The notes beneath the pieces were generated by a model. It made no database searches, was not told the origin of the DNA, and saw only the letters and a program-made list of their open reading frames with translations. A program made the translations under genes and the position numbers. A DNA stretch of 20,000 nucleotides from Chiloscyllium plagiosum (taxonomy: Eukaryota). Below are positions 19,416 to 20,000 of the stretch, in pieces (within the stretch, counting starts at the first letter, position 1; each line of letters begins with the position of its first letter). Where the stretch lies: contig NC_057718.1 of assembly GCF_004010195.1 (NCBI RefSeq), positions 92,468,560-92,488,559 of the forward strand, in the 5' to 3' direction.

Positions 19416-20000
19416 AAATGTGTTGCTGGAAAAGCGCAGCAGGTCAGGCAGCATCCAGGGAACAGGAGAATCGACGTTTCGGGCATAAGCCCTTCTTCAG
19501 GAATGAGGAAAGTTTTTCCAGCAGGCTAAGATAAAAGGTGGGGAGGAGGGACTTGAGGGAGGGGCGTCGGAAATGTGATAGGTGGAAAGAGGTCAAGGTG
19601 AGGGTGATAGGTCAGACTGGAGTGGGGGCGGAGAGGTCAGGAAGAAGATTGCAGGTTAGGAAGGCGGTGCTGAATTCGATGGATTAGACGGAGACAAGGT
19701 GGGGGGAGGGGAAATACCTTGTCTCAGTCAAATCCATCGAACTCAGCACCGCCTTCCTAACCTGCAATCTTCTTCCCGACCTCTCCGCCCCCACCCCAGT
19801 CTCACCTATCACCCTCACCTTGACCTCTTTCCACCGATCACATTTCCGACGCCCCTCCCCCAAGCCCCTCCTCCCTACCTTTTATCTTAGCCTGCTGGAC
19901 AAACTGTCCTCATTCCTGAAGAAGGGCTAATACCCAAAACGTCGATTCTCCTGTTCCCTGGATGCTGCCTGACCTGCTGCGCTTTTCCAGCAACACATTT
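19416..20000. mobile_element. Large fold-back PLE-derived insertion #4 (related to #1/#2): arms of about 285 bp, 15-nt loop; runs off the window
   Basis: 19416-19700 is the near reverse complement of 19716-20000 (aaatgtgttgctggaaaagcgcagcaggtcaggc / gcctgacctgctgcgcttttccagcaacacattt). Loop ggggggaggggaaat. A hammerhead core lies in each arm. Confidence 0.92.
19470..19504 (-). ncRNA. Minimal hammerhead ribozyme core (minus strand); the mirror copy at 19916-19943 has GAAA changed to AAAA
   Basis: Reverse complement auuc-CUGAAGA-a-GGGC-uuau-GCCC-GAAA-c-GUC|gau. Palindromic ACGU at stem III; stem I weak. Confidence 0.65.

Noticed and set aside
16740..20000. Fold-back elements interpreted as classical MITEs, miRNA genes or CRISPR repeats
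   Set aside because: Variable 12-14-bp TSDs, one-sided tails, variable fold-back points and hammerhead cores fit PLE retrotransposition; there is no repeat-spacer periodicity.

Overview
Eukaryotic, repeat-dense, intron-like or intergenic DNA. It is almost certainly from a cartilaginous fish (shark), judging by HE1/V-SINEs, HER1/CR1 LINEs and a Deu-domain SINE remnant. There is no intact long gene. Two phase-compatible candidate exons (141-218, 2460-2556, + strand) suggest an unidentified host gene. The rest is layered mobile DNA: two HE1 SINEs, several nested CR1 fragments, a gap-interrupted CR1 ORF2 (10601-12971), a second CR1-group LINE (17092-19413), two solo LTRs, an internally deleted Gypsy/Ty3 mini-element, a hAT MITE with a perfect 8-bp TSD, and a Penelope-like (PLE) 3' fragment. 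The most striking signal is a cluster of four non-coding, fold-back PLE-derived insertions in the last 3.3 kb (16740-16914, 17289-17478, 17572-17789, 19416-20000+). They carry minimal hammerhead-ribozyme cores, and 17572-17789 has an apparently intact ribozyme on each strand. A 308-N assembly gap lies at 12262-12569. Family names come from recalled consensus features, not database searches.
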